64,000 bases of DNA from Candidatus Rariloculaceae bacterium. GTDB lineage: Bacteria; Pseudomonadota; Gammaproteobacteria; Steroidobacterales; Rariloculaceae. Position numbers and translations under genes: made by a program. Where the stretch lies: contig JBJKYL010000017.1 of the NCBI GenBank assembly GCA_045561055.1, forward strand, positions 246,518 through 310,517. The letters run 5' to 3'. The notes below the pieces were generated by a model. That model was not told the DNA's origin and made no database searches. It was given only the letters and a program-made list of their open reading frames with translations. Below are positions 18,225 to 29,078 of the stretch, in pieces; within the stretch, counting starts at the first letter, position 1; each line of letters begins with the position of its first letter.

Positions 18225-20864
18225 ATGAATCACGAAGTTCATGCCTCCCTTGGGAATCGCGACGTAGAGTTTGCGTTCCCAGAATCACCGTTTGTTGTGA
18301 TGAAGTTTGGTGGGCGCAGCGTAGCTACGGCTCGTAACTGGACAACCATTGCGAATCTTGTTCAGGAGCGACTTGCCGAAGGTTTGGTCCCTATTGTGGT
18401 TCACTCGGCGCTAGCCGGTGTTTCGAATACGCTTGAAGCGTTGCTTCAGAACGCTATGGTTTGCGATACGGATAAAGTAATAGCGGATATTAAACAGCGT
18501 CATGTCTTACTTGCTGATGAGTTAGGAGTTAACTCAAATCTTTTAGACTCAGAATTTCAAAACTTACAAAAACTGATAGATGGATTGCGGTTAGTTGGGG
18601 AAATCAATCTGCCTGTTTACGCGCGAGTAATGGCCACTGGAGAGCTTGCAGCGACAACGCTGGGATGCGGATATCTCGAGAGCATTGGATTGCGGGCTTC
18701 CTGGCGTGACGCTCGTCAGATACTTCACAGCAATAACGAACAGGAGCAAAACGAACGGACCCGCTTCTTAGCGGCAAGCTGTGATTTCGCTCCGCAGGTT
18801 GAACTCCAATCGGAACTGCTACACAGCGAAGAGTTTATCGTGACACAAGGTTTTATCGCAGGGAATACTGCTGGTGACACGGTCTTGTTGGGCCGCGGCG
18901 GGTCGGATACTTCTGCCGCGTATTTAGCTGCGTGTTTACAAGCACAGCGGCTCGAAATCTGGACCGATGTGCCGGGATTTTTTAGTACGGATCCAAAGAT
19001 TGTACGTTCGGCACGTTTACTAAGGTCTTTGCACTATCGTGAGGCTCAAGAGATCGCTTCTGCAGGTGGTGCTATTTTACATCCTCGCAGTATTGCTCCA
19101 GTACGACAATTAGGCATTCCTTTGTTTTTAAGATGGACGAGCCACCCAGATTGTGAAGGCACTTTAATCTCCATTAAGGAAGAGGATGATAAGGCCCAAC
19201 TGAAAGCTATATCTCAACGTAGTGGATTGACTTTAGTTTCCATGGAATCAATAGAGATGTGGCATCAGGTCGGATTTCTTGCCGATGTGTTTGAGATTTT
19301 TCGTTCCCACGGATTCTCTGTTGATTTGATTTCGACATCGGAAAGTAACGTTACAGTCTCTATCGATTTGCAAGCTAACGTTACCGATCAACAGGCGATC
19401 AATGCGTTGGTTCAGGACCTCGGTGGTCTATGCCGGGCGACTATCATAGAGGATTGTGCTGCAGTGACGCTAGTCGGAAATAGGATTCGTGCAATCTTGC
19501 ACGAATTAAGTTCGGTCATGGAGGTGTTTGAAGAACAAAAGGTTCATCTAGTAACACAAGCCGCTAATGACCTTAATTTTACGTTCGTTGTCGACTCGGA
19601 ACATGCTCATCGTTTAGTAAAACGGATTCATGGACTACTTGTTAACCGTTTTCAAGAAGGCGGTGTCTTCGGACCAACGTGGGAAGAGTTATCGGGGTCA
19701 GGATCAGGATTGATAGGGGATCGTTCCGACCATCCGGTGCCATGGTGGGAAACTAAAAAAGATGAACTCGTTAAAATAGCCGAAGAACATGAATCCGCCT
19801 ACGTTTACGATATAGAGACTACTCGAGGAGCGCTAGCGAGATTGAACGAATTGAGTGCAGTTGATTCGGTCTACTATGCGATGAAGGCAAACGCGCACCC
19901 CGATATTTTAAGAGTTGTCTACGAGCAAAACGTGAATTTCGAATGCGTATCTCCCGGTGAGATAGAGCGCGTGCTTGAAGTGATACCCAACATCGATCGT
20001 AAGCGGATCCTATTCACGCCGAATTTTGCTTCTAGAAAAGAATATGAATGGGCATTCGAGCAAGACATCTGGGTGACGCTTGATAATTTATATCCGTTGA
20101 AAAATTGGGCTACCGTTTTCTCAGGTCGGGAAATTTTTATCCGAATTGATACTGGACAAGGGCGTGGCCACCATGAGCATGTTCGAACAGCGGGTGCGCA
20201 CTCTAAGTTTGGAGTTCCTCTATTCGAGCTCGATGAGCTACGCGATTTAATCAATCTAGCAGACGCTACGGTTGTCGGCCTGCATGCCCATACGGGTAGT
20301 GGGGTATTGACACCTGATAATTGGCGCCAGACAGGTGAGCAGTTAAATGGACTGCGTGCCTTTTTTCCAAACGTTCGTTATATGGATCTTGGCGGTGGAA
20401 TTGGGATTCCAGAACGTTTAGGGCAGAAGCCAATGGACATGGCGAGCCTCGATGAATCTCTTCGAGGGCTAAAGAAGATGAGCGGATCCGTAGAGCTTTG
20501 GCTGGAACCCGGTCGTTTTGTCGTGGGGCCTGCCGGGGTTCTTGTTACGCGAGTAACTCAGCTTAAAGGGAAAGACGGCGAGTATTACGTTGGTGTGAGC
20601 ACTGGCATGAATTCCCTCATTCGACCAGCGCTTTATGGTGCGTACCACGAAATTTTTAATTTGTCGCGGCTTGATGCACCGGTAGATAAGCTTATGACGA
20701 TCGTGGGGCCAGTGTGTGAAACCGGAGATAGGCTGGGGTCAGATAGGTTGTTGCCGGTGACGGAGGAGGGCGATGTTATGCTCATCGCCAATGCGGGCGC
20801 TTATGGTTACGCGATGAGCTCCCGCTACAACCTTCGCGAGCCAGCTGTCGAGGTAGTGCTCTAG
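18225..20864 (+). CDS. Bifunctional aspartate kinase / diaminopimelate decarboxylase
   Basis: KFGGRSV, LGRGGSDTSA, WTDVPG, two ACT domains; then YAMKAN, SKFG, HAHTGSG, EPGRF, GPVCETGD, GAYG. Confidence 0.95.
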   Translation: MNHEVHASLGNRDVEFAFPESPFVVMKFGGRSVATARNWTTIANLVQERLAEGLVPIVVHSALAGVSNTLEALLQNAMVCDTDKVIADIKQRHVLLADELGVNSNLLDSEFQNLQKLIDGLRLVGEINLPVYARVMATGELAATTLGCGYLESIGLRASWRDARQILHSNNEQEQNERTRFLAASCDFAPQVELQSELLHSEEFIVTQGFIAGNTAGDTVLLGRGGSDTSAAYLAACLQAQRLEIWTDVPGFFSTDPKIVRSARLLRSLHYREAQEIASAGGAILHPRSIAPVRQLGIPLFLRWTSHPDCEGTLISIKEEDDKAQLKAISQRSGLTLVSMESIEMWHQVGFLADVFEIFRSHGFSVDLISTSESNVTVSIDLQANVTDQQAINALVQDLGGLCRATIIEDCAAVTLVGNRIRAILHELSSVMEVFEEQKVHLVTQAANDLNFTFVVDSEHAHRLVKRIHGLLVNRFQEGGVFGPTWEELSGSGSGLIGDRSDHPVPWWETKKDELVKIAEEHESAYVYDIETTRGALARLNELSAVDSVYYAMKANAHPDILRVVYEQNVNFECVSPGEIERVLEVIPNIDRKRILFTPNFASRKEYEWAFEQDIWVTLDNLYPLKNWATVFSGREIFIRIDTGQGRGHHEHVRTAGAHSKFGVPLFELDELRDLINLADATVVGLHAHTGSGVLTPDNWRQTGEQLNGLRAFFPNVRYMDLGGGIGIPERLGQKPMDMASLDESLRGLKKMSGSVELWLEPGRFVVGPAGVLVTRVTQLKGKDGEYYVGVSTGMNSLIRPALYGAYHEIFNLSRLDAPVDKLMTIVGPVCETGDRLGSDRLLPVTEEGDVMLIANAGAYGYAMSSRYNLREPAVEVVL

Positions 20865-20938
20865 ATGTCAGAGTCGCACTTAGCCATGGGTTCTAAGTCT
20901 GCTTTTTATGGGAATAACGTAGAAGTAAATATATTGCG

Positions 20939-22006
20939 TTAAGATGTCAACTGGGTAAGGACGGCGTCGCCAAATTCACTCGTGCTGACAGCGTTCCGAT
21001 TAGTCGTAGCTACTAAATCAGTAGTAAGAATTCCTGCAGCTAGTACTGCTTTAACCGCGTCTTCAACGGCATTTGCGGCTTCGGAAGCATCCATCGAGTG
21101 ACGAAGTAAAAGTGCCATACTAAGGATAGCGCCGCATGGGTTAGCAATACCTTTTCCTGCTATATCGGGAGCGGACCCGTGGATCGGTTCAAAAAGACCG
21201 GCGCTAGTTTGATTTAACGAAGCCGATGGCAGTACACCAAGAGATCCAGCTAGCATTGATGCCTCGTCTGTCAGAATATCTCCGAACATATTGTCCATTA
21301 CCATGACATCGAATTCGGCAGGACGGCTCAATAGGTGCATCGTGGCAGCATCTATATAGAGATGCTCGAGTTCTATATCAGGATATTCTTCGCTGAATAT
21401 CCGAGTTGCGGTCTCGCGCCAAAGCCGCGATGTATCTAGTACGTTGGCCTTGTCAACCGAGGTTACCCTCCGTTTTCGGGTCCGAGCTAAACTTCCTGCT
21501 ACTCGACAAATTCTCTCAATCTCTTCAATGCTATATTCACAAGTATCAAAAGCTGTGGTCTTAGTCCTACCTCGTTTCCCAAAGTAGATACCACCGGTCA
21601 ATTCCCGAACAATGATAATGTCAACATTGGCCAACCGTTCTGGTTTTATTGGTGAGGTTGCGACAAACTCCGGCACGGTCTTGACCGGCCGTAGGTTCGC
21701 GAATAAACCTAACTCGCGACGCAAATCGAGTAGGCCTTGCTCTGGGCGGAGCTCTGTTGCGATGTTTTCCCACTGAGGTCCGCCGACTGCACCAAGAAAA
21801 ATTGCTCTTGCATTTCGGCAAAGGTCTAATGTTTCTATGGGAAGTGGGGTTCCTACCAGATCGATTGCGGCACCGCCTATCAGAGCATGCTTGATAGTCA
21901 AACCGAGATTATATTTTTTTGCTATTACTTCTAGTACACGCACTGCTTGTACTGTTACGTCGGGGCCTATGCCGTCGCCCGGAAGGATAACGATGGACGA
22001 GGTCAT
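20939..22006 (-). CDS. leuB: 3-isopropylmalate dehydrogenase
   Basis: LPGDGIGP, RELTGGIYFG, NMFGDILTDEA, EPIHGSAPDIAG. Confidence 0.96.
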   Translation of the reverse strand: MTSSIVILPGDGIGPDVTVQAVRVLEVIAKKYNLGLTIKHALIGGAAIDLVGTPLPIETLDLCRNARAIFLGAVGGPQWENIATELRPEQGLLDLRRELGLFANLRPVKTVPEFVATSPIKPERLANVDIIIVRELTGGIYFGKRGRTKTTAFDTCEYSIEEIERICRVAGSLARTRKRRVTSVDKANVLDTSRLWRETATRIFSEEYPDIELEHLYIDAATMHLLSRPAEFDVMVMDNMFGDILTDEASMLAGSLGVLPSASLNQTSAGLFEPIHGSAPDIAGKGIANPCGAILSMALLLRHSMDASEAANAVEDAVKAVLAAGILTTDLVATTNRNAVSTSEFGDAVLTQLTS

Positions 22007-22578
22007 TAACGTTTTTCTTCAAATTTGTCTATCGTATCGGCGTGCTGGCGGAGATAACCGAGTTGATCTATTCCGTTCAAAAGACAGTAACGCGCAAATC
22101 GGTCAATGTTGAATGAAATTGGCTCGTGGCCGGGAATTATCAGTTTAAGCGTATCGATATCAACGGTGATATCCGCACCAGGGTTTTCCAGAAGCCAGCA
22201 ATGAGTCTCATTATTCACTATTACAGGTATCAATCCATTTTTTAGAGAGTTGTGAAAAAAAATATCGGCAATCTCTGTGCTAATAATCACCTGAAAACCG
22301 TAATCCAGCAAGGCCCATGGTGCATGTTCACGAGAGGAGCCACATCCGAAGTTTCGCCCAGCAACTAGGATTGCTGCGCCCTCAGCTTGAGTTTGATTGA
22401 GCACGAATTCGTCAACCGTATTGCCGTTCGCGTCGTAACGCCAGTCGGTAAATAGGTGATCTCCGAGTCCTTCTTTTACGGTTGTCGTTAAAAATCGGGC
22501 AGGAATAATTTGGTCGGTATCTATATCATCTAAAGGCAAGACGACCGTCTGGGAGTCAATTCGTGTTACTACTTTCAT
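22006..22578 (-). CDS. leuD: 3-isopropylmalate dehydratase small subunit
   Basis: DTDQIIPARFL, NFGCGSSREHAPWAL. Confidence 0.96.
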   Translation of the reverse strand: MKVVTRIDSQTVVLPLDDIDTDQIIPARFLTTTVKEGLGDHLFTDWRYDANGNTVDEFVLNQTQAEGAAILVAGRNFGCGSSREHAPWALLDYGFQVIISTEIADIFFHNSLKNGLIPVIVNNETHCWLLENPGADITVDIDTLKLIIPGHEPISFNIDRFARYCLLNGIDQLGYLRQHADTIDKFEEKR

Positions 22579-22585
22579 TGCATCA

Positions 22586-24007
22586 TTAATCCAAATATTG
22601 CCTAGGATCGCTTACCGTCCCGCTAAGTGCGGACGCTGCGGCCGTGAGCGGGCTTGCGAGAATGGTTCTAGCTCCAGCGCCTTGGCGCCCCTCGAAGTTG
22701 CGGTTACTAGTACTCACGGCAAGCTTTCCCGCTGGAACGAAGTCGCCATTCATCGCCAAACACATTGAGCAACCCGGTTCACGCCACTCTGCACCCGCAC
22801 CCTTAAAGATCTCGTCAAGACCAGCTGTTTCTGCGGCTTCTTTTATCTGTTGAGATCCTGGTACAACAAGCATACGGACATCATTCGCGATTTTACGGCC
22901 GTTGAGCATATTAGCCGCGACTTCTAGATCACTGAGGCGCGAGTTTGTACAACTGCCGAGAAACACCACATCGACTGGTATTCCCGATAATGGTTTGCCG
23001 GATTCGACCTGCATATATTCGAGAGCTTTTGCAAAGGCCTTGTCATTCCCTTTCGGAGCGGGGACTGGGTCATCAATAGAGACAACCATGCCTGGATTGG
23101 TCCCAAATGTAACCATGGGTGCCATTTTCGACACATCCAGCGTGAGCTGTTTGTCGAATAATGCGTCGGGATCTCCAGGTAGATTTTTCCATTCTAAAAG
23201 GGCACGATCCCAATCAGCACCAACAGGCGCATAAGGTCGGCCAGCTAGATATTCGAAGGTTGTTTCGTCTGGCGCAATCATTCCGGCTCTTGCCCCTCCT
23301 TCAATAGCCATATTGCAGATCGTCATTCGTTCTTCCATCGACAATGCAGAAATAGTAGACCCTGAATATTCGACGGCGTGGCCTGTGCCCCCATCCACTC
23401 CCGTCTCGCCAATAATGCTGAGAACAATGTCCTTCGCTGCCACGCCGATAGGGAGATTGCCCTCCAGGTTAATTGCAAATGTCTTAGGGCGTCTTTGTAA
23501 CATGCACTGTGTTGCTAGAACGTGACCAACCTCGGTCGTACCGATACCGAATGCCAATGCACCAAATGCTCCGTGTGTACTTGTATGAGAGTCACCACAC
23601 ACGATAGTTCTCCCAGGTTGTGTCGCACCGAGCTCGGGACCGATTACATGTACGATACCGCGCTCTGGGCTGGAGAATCCCCGAAGCTTAATATCAAACT
23701 CCTCACAGTTTTTTTCCATCTGAATTAGTTGCCGGGTCGCCGGCGTGTCGTTTACAACCGCAAGCTCTGCTAGAGAACTTACTGGCGTCGTCGGCGTTGA
23801 ATGATCCATCGTAGCAAGCGTTTGGTTTGGGCGTCTGACACGCAATCCGTTTTCGCGGAGAAGGTTAAATGCCTGGGGTGACGTCACTTCATGGACGAGA
23901 TGTAGGTCAATATAAAGTATCGCGGGCGTATCCTGGGTTTCGGGTACTACTACATGTGATTCCCATACTTTTTCAAATAATGACTTCATTTTTTGCCTCA
24001 TATTCAA
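22586..24007 (-). CDS. leuC: 3-isopropylmalate dehydratase large subunit
   Basis: [51 protein letters not shown]. Confidence 0.97.
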   Translation of the reverse strand: MNMRQKMKSLFEKVWESHVVVPETQDTPAILYIDLHLVHEVTSPQAFNLLRENGLRVRRPNQTLATMDHSTPTTPVSSLAELAVVNDTPATRQLIQMEKNCEEFDIKLRGFSSPERGIVHVIGPELGATQPGRTIVCGDSHTSTHGAFGALAFGIGTTEVGHVLATQCMLQRRPKTFAINLEGNLPIGVAAKDIVLSIIGETGVDGGTGHAVEYSGSTISALSMEERMTICNMAIEGGARAGMIAPDETTFEYLAGRPYAPVGADWDRALLEWKNLPGDPDALFDKQLTLDVSKMAPMVTFGTNPGMVVSIDDPVPAPKGNDKAFAKALEYMQVESGKPLSGIPVDVVFLGSCTNSRLSDLEVAANMLNGRKIANDVRMLVVPGSQQIKEAAETAGLDEIFKGAGAEWREPGCSMCLAMNGDFVPAGKLAVSTSNRNFEGRQGAGARTILASPLTAAASALSGTVSDPRQYLD

Positions 24008-24972
24008 ACGGCAGCAGAGCTTTTAGGAGGGATGCTATTTTTGTCATCCATCCGATCTAGCCAACCCCACTGATCAGGCGTAGTGCCATCGAAGAGCCCG
24101 AAAAATTTCTCTTGAAGGGTCGTCGTGATCGGACCGCGCCGTCCATTACCAATCGTAATTCGATCGATAGTTCGGACCGGGGTTATCTCCGCAGCGGTAC
24201 CCGTAAGGAAGACCTCGTCGGCGATGTATAGCATCTCTCTTGGAATGTCTTGTTCGAGAACCGTAAGGTTTAGTGTTTCCGCCAACGTAAGCACGGTATT
24301 TCGCGTAAGCCCCGGGAGAATGGATGCTGAAACCGGCGGTGTGAAAAGTATTCCATCCTGAACGAGAAATAGGTTCTCACCCGCCCCCTCGCTTACATGA
24401 CCGGCGTTATTTAGAGCGATGCCCTCCGTAAAACCTAGTCGACGCGCTTCGAGTGTTATGAGCATACTTGAGAGGTAATTACCGCCAGCTTTAGCCAGAG
24501 TCGGGACGGTATTTGGCGCGACGCGCTGCCACGATGAAATGCAGACATCCACTCCGTTTTCGAGGCCGCCATCACCGAGGTAAGAGCCCCATTCCCAGGC
24601 AGCAACAGAAACATTCGCTGGAGCATCTGGATCACCAGCCACGCCCATTTCACCATAGCCTCGGTAAGCGAGCGGACGTACGTAGGCCCCTTTTAAGAGG
24701 TCGTTCTTGATTACGACATCTTTGCACGCACTAACAAGTATCGCTGGCGTGTATGGAATGTTCATGTAATAGACCTTGGCAGAATTGAACATCCTACGTA
24801 TATGGTCGTTAAGCCGAAAGCCGACCGGACCGTCCGGACTTTCGTAAACTCTAATACCTTCAAACACCGAAGAGCCGTAGTGTAACGCGTGCGTCAGCAC
24901 GTGAACGGTAGCATCTCCCCAAGGGATGAGTTGGCCGTCGTGCCAGATATGTTTACTGGTCTTCAGAGGCAT
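24004..24972 (-). CDS. ilvE: Branched-chain amino acid aminotransferase
   Basis: [41 protein letters not shown]. Confidence 0.95.
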   Translation of the reverse strand: MPLKTSKHIWHDGQLIPWGDATVHVLTHALHYGSSVFEGIRVYESPDGPVGFRLNDHIRRMFNSAKVYYMNIPYTPAILVSACKDVVIKNDLLKGAYVRPLAYRGYGEMGVAGDPDAPANVSVAAWEWGSYLGDGGLENGVDVCISSWQRVAPNTVPTLAKAGGNYLSSMLITLEARRLGFTEGIALNNAGHVSEGAGENLFLVQDGILFTPPVSASILPGLTRNTVLTLAETLNLTVLEQDIPREMLYIADEVFLTGTAAEITPVRTIDRITIGNGRRGPITTTLQEKFFGLFDGTTPDQWGWLDRMDDKNSIPPKSSAAV

Positions 24973-24989
24973 TCCATTAGTCCTTACGT

Positions 24990-26561
24990 TTAAGGGTTAC
25001 CCAGCGATATCGATTTTTTCGAAGCTTCTCGCCCTATATTTTTACGAAGAATCACGCGGTTCATAACATCGAGAGATGCAAAAGCCGCCGATTTAACTAT
25101 GTCTGTACTGACAGCGTGTCCGCGGTAGCTTTGGCCATTATATTCGACGGTTACCGTAACCTCACCCTGTGCATCGTCTCCTACCGTTACGCCATGAACC
25201 TCGAAATTTATGAGCTTCAGGCTTAGTCCAATAGCCTGTTCTAGCGCACTAAATACTGCCGCAACCGGCCCGTCACCCTCAGCCGTCTGGTTAATTTTAC
25301 GACCATCGGTATGGGAAACGCATAGGTCAGCGTTAGCGATGCTATGGGTGCCAGTTGTTATGTGTAGTCTTTCGATCGCCCATGGGCCAGTTTTACCGAC
25401 ATCAACGTTCAAAATAATCGCTTCAATATCGCGGTCATACATATCTTTCTTAAGGTCTGCGAGCTTCTTGAATTCTTCAAAACATCGATTTAATTCCGCA
25501 TCGTCTAGCTCGAAGCCCAATTCGTCAACACGCTCTCTAAATGCATGTCGGCCACTATGTTTCCCAAGAACCAGATTAGTATGTGATAAACCGACGTCCT
25601 CGGGTCGCATAATTTCGTAGGTTGAACTGTTCTGTAACATTCCATGTTGATGAATACCGGCCTCGTGAGCGAAGGCATTCTCGCCAACAATAGCTTTGTT
25701 TCTCTGAGCATGCATTCCTGTAACGTTGGTCACTATTTTGCTTGTCGGATACAGACGTTGAGTCTGAATTCCCGTTTCTAGCCCGAAATACGCTTCGCGA
25801 GTCCGCAACGCCATGACAACCTCTTCCAATGAACAGTTACCCGCGCGCTCGCCAATGCCATTAATAGTACATTCTATTTGTCTCGCTCCGGCTTGAACCG
25901 CTGCTAGGCTATTCGCGACTGCAAGGCCCAGATCGTCATGGCAATGCACGCTTAACCGGATCCCGTCGATTCCTTCAACGTTATTCTTTAGGTATAGAAA
26001 CAGTTCATAAAACTCTCCCGGTACTGTATAACCGACTGTGTCCGGAATATTAATAGTTGTAGCTCCCGCGTCGATTACCGCTCGGATGACTTCAGCAAGA
26101 TATTCCGGTTCTGTGCGTGAGGCGTCTTCAGGTGAGAATTCGACGTCCTCACAAAGCGAACGTGCCAGCGCCACGCTTTCTATGGCGGAACTGATGATTT
26201 CTTCTTTTGCCATCTGTAGCTTATGTTCGCGGTGGATCTCACTCGTGGCGACAAATATATGAATGCGCGAATGCTGCGCATCCTTTACTGCATCCCACGC
26301 ACGAACAATGTCTTTTGGATTGCATCTTGCCAGCCCACAGATCGTCGGACCTTGAATAGTTTGAGCAATCGTTTGAACGGACTCGAAATCACCCGCCGAC
26401 GCAGCGGGAAAGCCTGCTTCGATAACATCTACCTTGAGGTCTCGGAGTGCTTTGGCAACTCGTAGTTTTTCGCGGGGAGTCATGCTGCAACCTGGAGCTT
26501 GCTCACCATCTCTCAATGTCGTGTCGAAAATGAAGACTCTATTGTCGCTATCTGCGTTCAT
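24990..26561 (-). CDS. leuA: 2-isopropylmalate synthase
   Basis: [39 protein letters not shown], regulatory domain. Confidence 0.96.
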   Translation of the reverse strand: MNADSDNRVFIFDTTLRDGEQAPGCSMTPREKLRVAKALRDLKVDVIEAGFPAASAGDFESVQTIAQTIQGPTICGLARCNPKDIVRAWDAVKDAQHSRIHIFVATSEIHREHKLQMAKEEIISSAIESVALARSLCEDVEFSPEDASRTEPEYLAEVIRAVIDAGATTINIPDTVGYTVPGEFYELFLYLKNNVEGIDGIRLSVHCHDDLGLAVANSLAAVQAGARQIECTINGIGERAGNCSLEEVVMALRTREAYFGLETGIQTQRLYPTSKIVTNVTGMHAQRNKAIVGENAFAHEAGIHQHGMLQNSSTYEIMRPEDVGLSHTNLVLGKHSGRHAFRERVDELGFELDDAELNRCFEEFKKLADLKKDMYDRDIEAIILNVDVGKTGPWAIERLHITTGTHSIANADLCVSHTDGRKINQTAEGDGPVAAVFSALEQAIGLSLKLINFEVHGVTVGDDAQGEVTVTVEYNGQSYRGHAVSTDIVKSAAFASLDVMNRVILRKNIGREASKKSISLGNP

Positions 26562-26605
26562 GATATTTTATTTCTAAATGTAAAAAATTAACTTCCTCTA
26601 CATAG

Positions 26606-27592
26606 CTATTCTTTTAGCCAGCTCATTCGCCCTCTAAGTTCCTTACCCACGCTCTCTATCTGGCTATGAAGGTCTTCCTCGAGGAGTCGTTTGTATTCCG
26701 GAAGCCCGGAGTCATATTCAGAAACCCAGTTTTTCGCGAAGGTTCCATCTTGGATGTCCTTCAATACTTCGCGCATTCTGTCTCCCGTATAAGAGTCCAC
26801 TACGCGGGGACCCTGCGTAAGATCTCCATACTTGGCAGTTTCACTCACGAATTCGTGCATCTTCTTTAAGCCCCCTTCGTGAAGTAGGTCAACGATTAGT
26901 TTTACTTCGTGCATGCATTCGAAGTAAGCAACTTCGGGTTGGTAACCGGCCTCTACGAGAGTGCCGAATCCACGTACGATAAGTTCGGATAGCCCGCCGC
27001 ACAGTACAGCTTGTTCGCCAAACAGGTCAGTCTCTGTTTCTTCGCCAAAAGTTGTATCAAGGACACCGCCGCGCGTTCCACCAATTCCATCAGCGTACGC
27101 TAACGCTCGGGCGTGCGCATTACCGGTAGAGTCTTGGTCGACTGCAACCAGGCACGGCACACCACGACCGGCTTCGTATTGCCTTCTAACGAGATCGCCC
27201 GGTCCTTTTGGTGCTATTAGTACGACATCTAGATCAGTTCGAGGCTCAACGAGCTTGTAATGAATATTGAAGCCATGCGCAAAAAGAACAGTTGAGTGCT
27301 GTTTTAATGATGGCTCTATTAGTTCGTAGAGCTTAGATTGAACCATATCTGGAACTAGGAAAGCGACGAGGCCGGAGCCATCGACAGCTTCCTGAGGAGG
27401 AAGGACTGCGAAGCCATCGTTTTCGGCTTTAGCAGTTGTGGTTCCGCCGGGGCGTAGACCGATAACAACTTCGAAGCCTGAGTCACGTAGGTTCATAGCA
27501 TGTGCTCGTCCCTGACTACCATAGCCGAGTACCGTAATAACCTCACCACTTAGTACTTCGGGCCGAACGTCGCTTTCTACGTAGAGTTTCAT
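26606..27592 (-). CDS. ilvC: Ketol-acid reductoisomerase (start ATG 27592, not 27697)
   Basis: AGGAG before MKLYVESD; [38 protein letters not shown]. Confidence 0.96.
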   Translation of the reverse strand: MKLYVESDVRPEVLSGEVITVLGYGSQGRAHAMNLRDSGFEVVIGLRPGGTTTAKAENDGFAVLPPQEAVDGSGLVAFLVPDMVQSKLYELIEPSLKQHSTVLFAHGFNIHYKLVEPRTDLDVVLIAPKGPGDLVRRQYEAGRGVPCLVAVDQDSTGNAHARALAYADGIGGTRGGVLDTTFGEETETDLFGEQAVLCGGLSELIVRGFGTLVEAGYQPEVAYFECMHEVKLIVDLLHEGGLKKMHEFVSETAKYGDLTQGPRVVDSYTGDRMREVLKDIQDGTFAKNWVSEYDSGLPEYKRLLEEDLHSQIESVGKELRGRMSWLKE

Positions 27593-27658
27593 GGTTTTGC
27601 TCCTGTCATTCTTTAAATCAAAGTTGGATGGGTTGTCTCTCGTACATAAATTTGGGCG

Positions 27659-27693
27659 AAAAAAAACCCCGCAGCCTTTCGGGTGCGGGGTTT
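27659..27693 (-). terminator. Attenuator terminator of the ilvC-leu operon
   Basis: Minus strand AAACCCCGCA-CCCGAAAGGC-TGCGGGG then T8. Confidence 0.9.
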
Positions 27694-27709
27694 GCATGAT
27701 TTATCGTTG

Positions 27710-27781
27710 TCAATTCACACGCCCGCACTTGCATATGTTAAGCAGTATGGAAAGGCGCAGTACGAGGCGGCTCTGTTTCAT
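27710..27781 (-). CDS. Leu/Ile/Val-rich leader peptide MKQSRLVLRLSILLNICKCGRVN
   Basis: 9 of 23 residues are L/I/V; GTGCGGG in the ORF can pair with CCCGCAC of the terminator; TTGACA at 27837-27832. Confidence 0.85.
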   Translation of the reverse strand: MKQSRLVLRLSILLNICKCGRVN

Positions 27782-28307
27782 CTCAGTCAGTCATATTGTT
27801 AGCAGTACATGATCTACAAAACCTCAAGTAATGTCAACGGTTTAGGCGATATGTTAGAAATAAATTTAAGTATGGTATGTAAATTTTATATTTAATAGTC
27901 CTCAAATATGGCATTTCACTTATATATCAAGGCTGTTTTAATGAAACATGTGTAGGATAGGCAACAGAAAGAACAGTATATAATGGGGTTTAGCGGATCA
28001 TTTTAGTCTATCATTAGCTAGCTCTAGCAGGATTAATGACTTTACGTTATTCTCTCGCGCGAATTATGAAAGGTCTAAGTAATGGGAGCTTCTTTAAGTC
28101 AGCTACATTAGTAAAAACAGAAAATTTTAGGTTGAAATAAGACGCTGCCGTGAGACAACTTCAAGACGGGAAGCATGACATGCGGTCGAAAGAGTTCTCA
28201 ATCGGTGTCAGAACCGTTAGCTTGTGTTGTTTTGGTCCCGTTTTTATCAGTATTGCTAGAAAGTCCAATTTTTATTTTTTAAAAGTTAATTAGGTTTAGG
28301 AGTCGGC

Positions 28308-29078
28308 ATGAGCTGGAAACGTAACGGAGTGCTTCTGATTAGCGCCCTCGGTGCAATTTTTATATCTAAAATGGCAGCGAGCCAGGCCGTTGATCAGATA
28401 GTAGCTGCTGAGGAGCGCCGCATTCAGCAGGCACAAGAGTCTCAGGATGTGATCGATGGAATCGTCGATGAGACGCGGTCTACCACAGAAGAATACCGTG
28501 GAGTAATGAAGGAAGTAGACGGATTGATCGTCTATAACACGTTGCTTGACAGACAAATAGAGGACCAGGAATTGGAGCTCAGCCAATTGCGAACCTCTAT
28601 TGATAGTGTCACCGTTATAGAGCGGCAGATCTTGCCTTTATTGACTAGAATGATTGAGGGCCTTGAGCGTTTCGTTGGTCTTGATGTTCCATTCTTGGCT
28701 GCGGAGAGAAGCGAGCGTGTCATAGGACTTCGCGACTTGCTTGGTAGGGCCGACGTTACTTCGGCGGAAAAATTCCGCGTCGTGATGGAAGCCTGGCAGA
28801 TTGAGAACGACTACGGTCGTACTATTTACGCATACACGGGCGAAATAGACATTGATGGAACCAATCGCGAAGTCGATTTTTTGCAGATCGGTCGTGTTTC
28901 CTTTATTTACCAAACACCCGATGGATTGAACCAGGGCGTTTGGGATCAGTCGAGTCGTAGCTGGGTGTCGCTAGGCAGTGAATACCGTAATTCTATTCGT
29001 CAGGGACTTCGGCTCGCGCGTAACCAAGTTGGTCCCTCGTTACTGCTATTGCCGATCGCTGCGCCGGAGGAAGGATAA
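28308..29078 (+). CDS. DUF3450-like periplasmic coiled-coil protein (TtpB-like)
   Basis: Signal peptide, DVPFL..ER..R, EKFR.VMEAWQIE.DYGR, FLQIGRV; first gene of TonB operon. Confidence 0.85.
   Translation: MSWKRNGVLLISALGAIFISKMAASQAVDQIVAAEERRIQQAQESQDVIDGIVDETRSTTEEYRGVMKEVDGLIVYNTLLDRQIEDQELELSQLRTSIDSVTVIERQILPLLTRMIEGLERFVGLDVPFLAAERSERVIGLRDLLGRADVTSAEKFRVVMEAWQIENDYGRTIYAYTGEIDIDGTNREVDFLQIGRVSFIYQTPDGLNQGVWDQSSRSWVSLGSEYRNSIRQGLRLARNQVGPSLLLLPIAAPEEG

Noticed and set aside
27593-27697. N-terminal extension of ilvC in the ORF track
   Set aside because: Runs through the attenuator terminator; SD and homology support ATG 27592
28140-28230. Possible cobalamin riboswitch or Fur box before the TonB operon
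   Set aside because: Only isolated GGGAAG and GTCAGAACC words; no B12-box architecture or 19-bp Fur consensus
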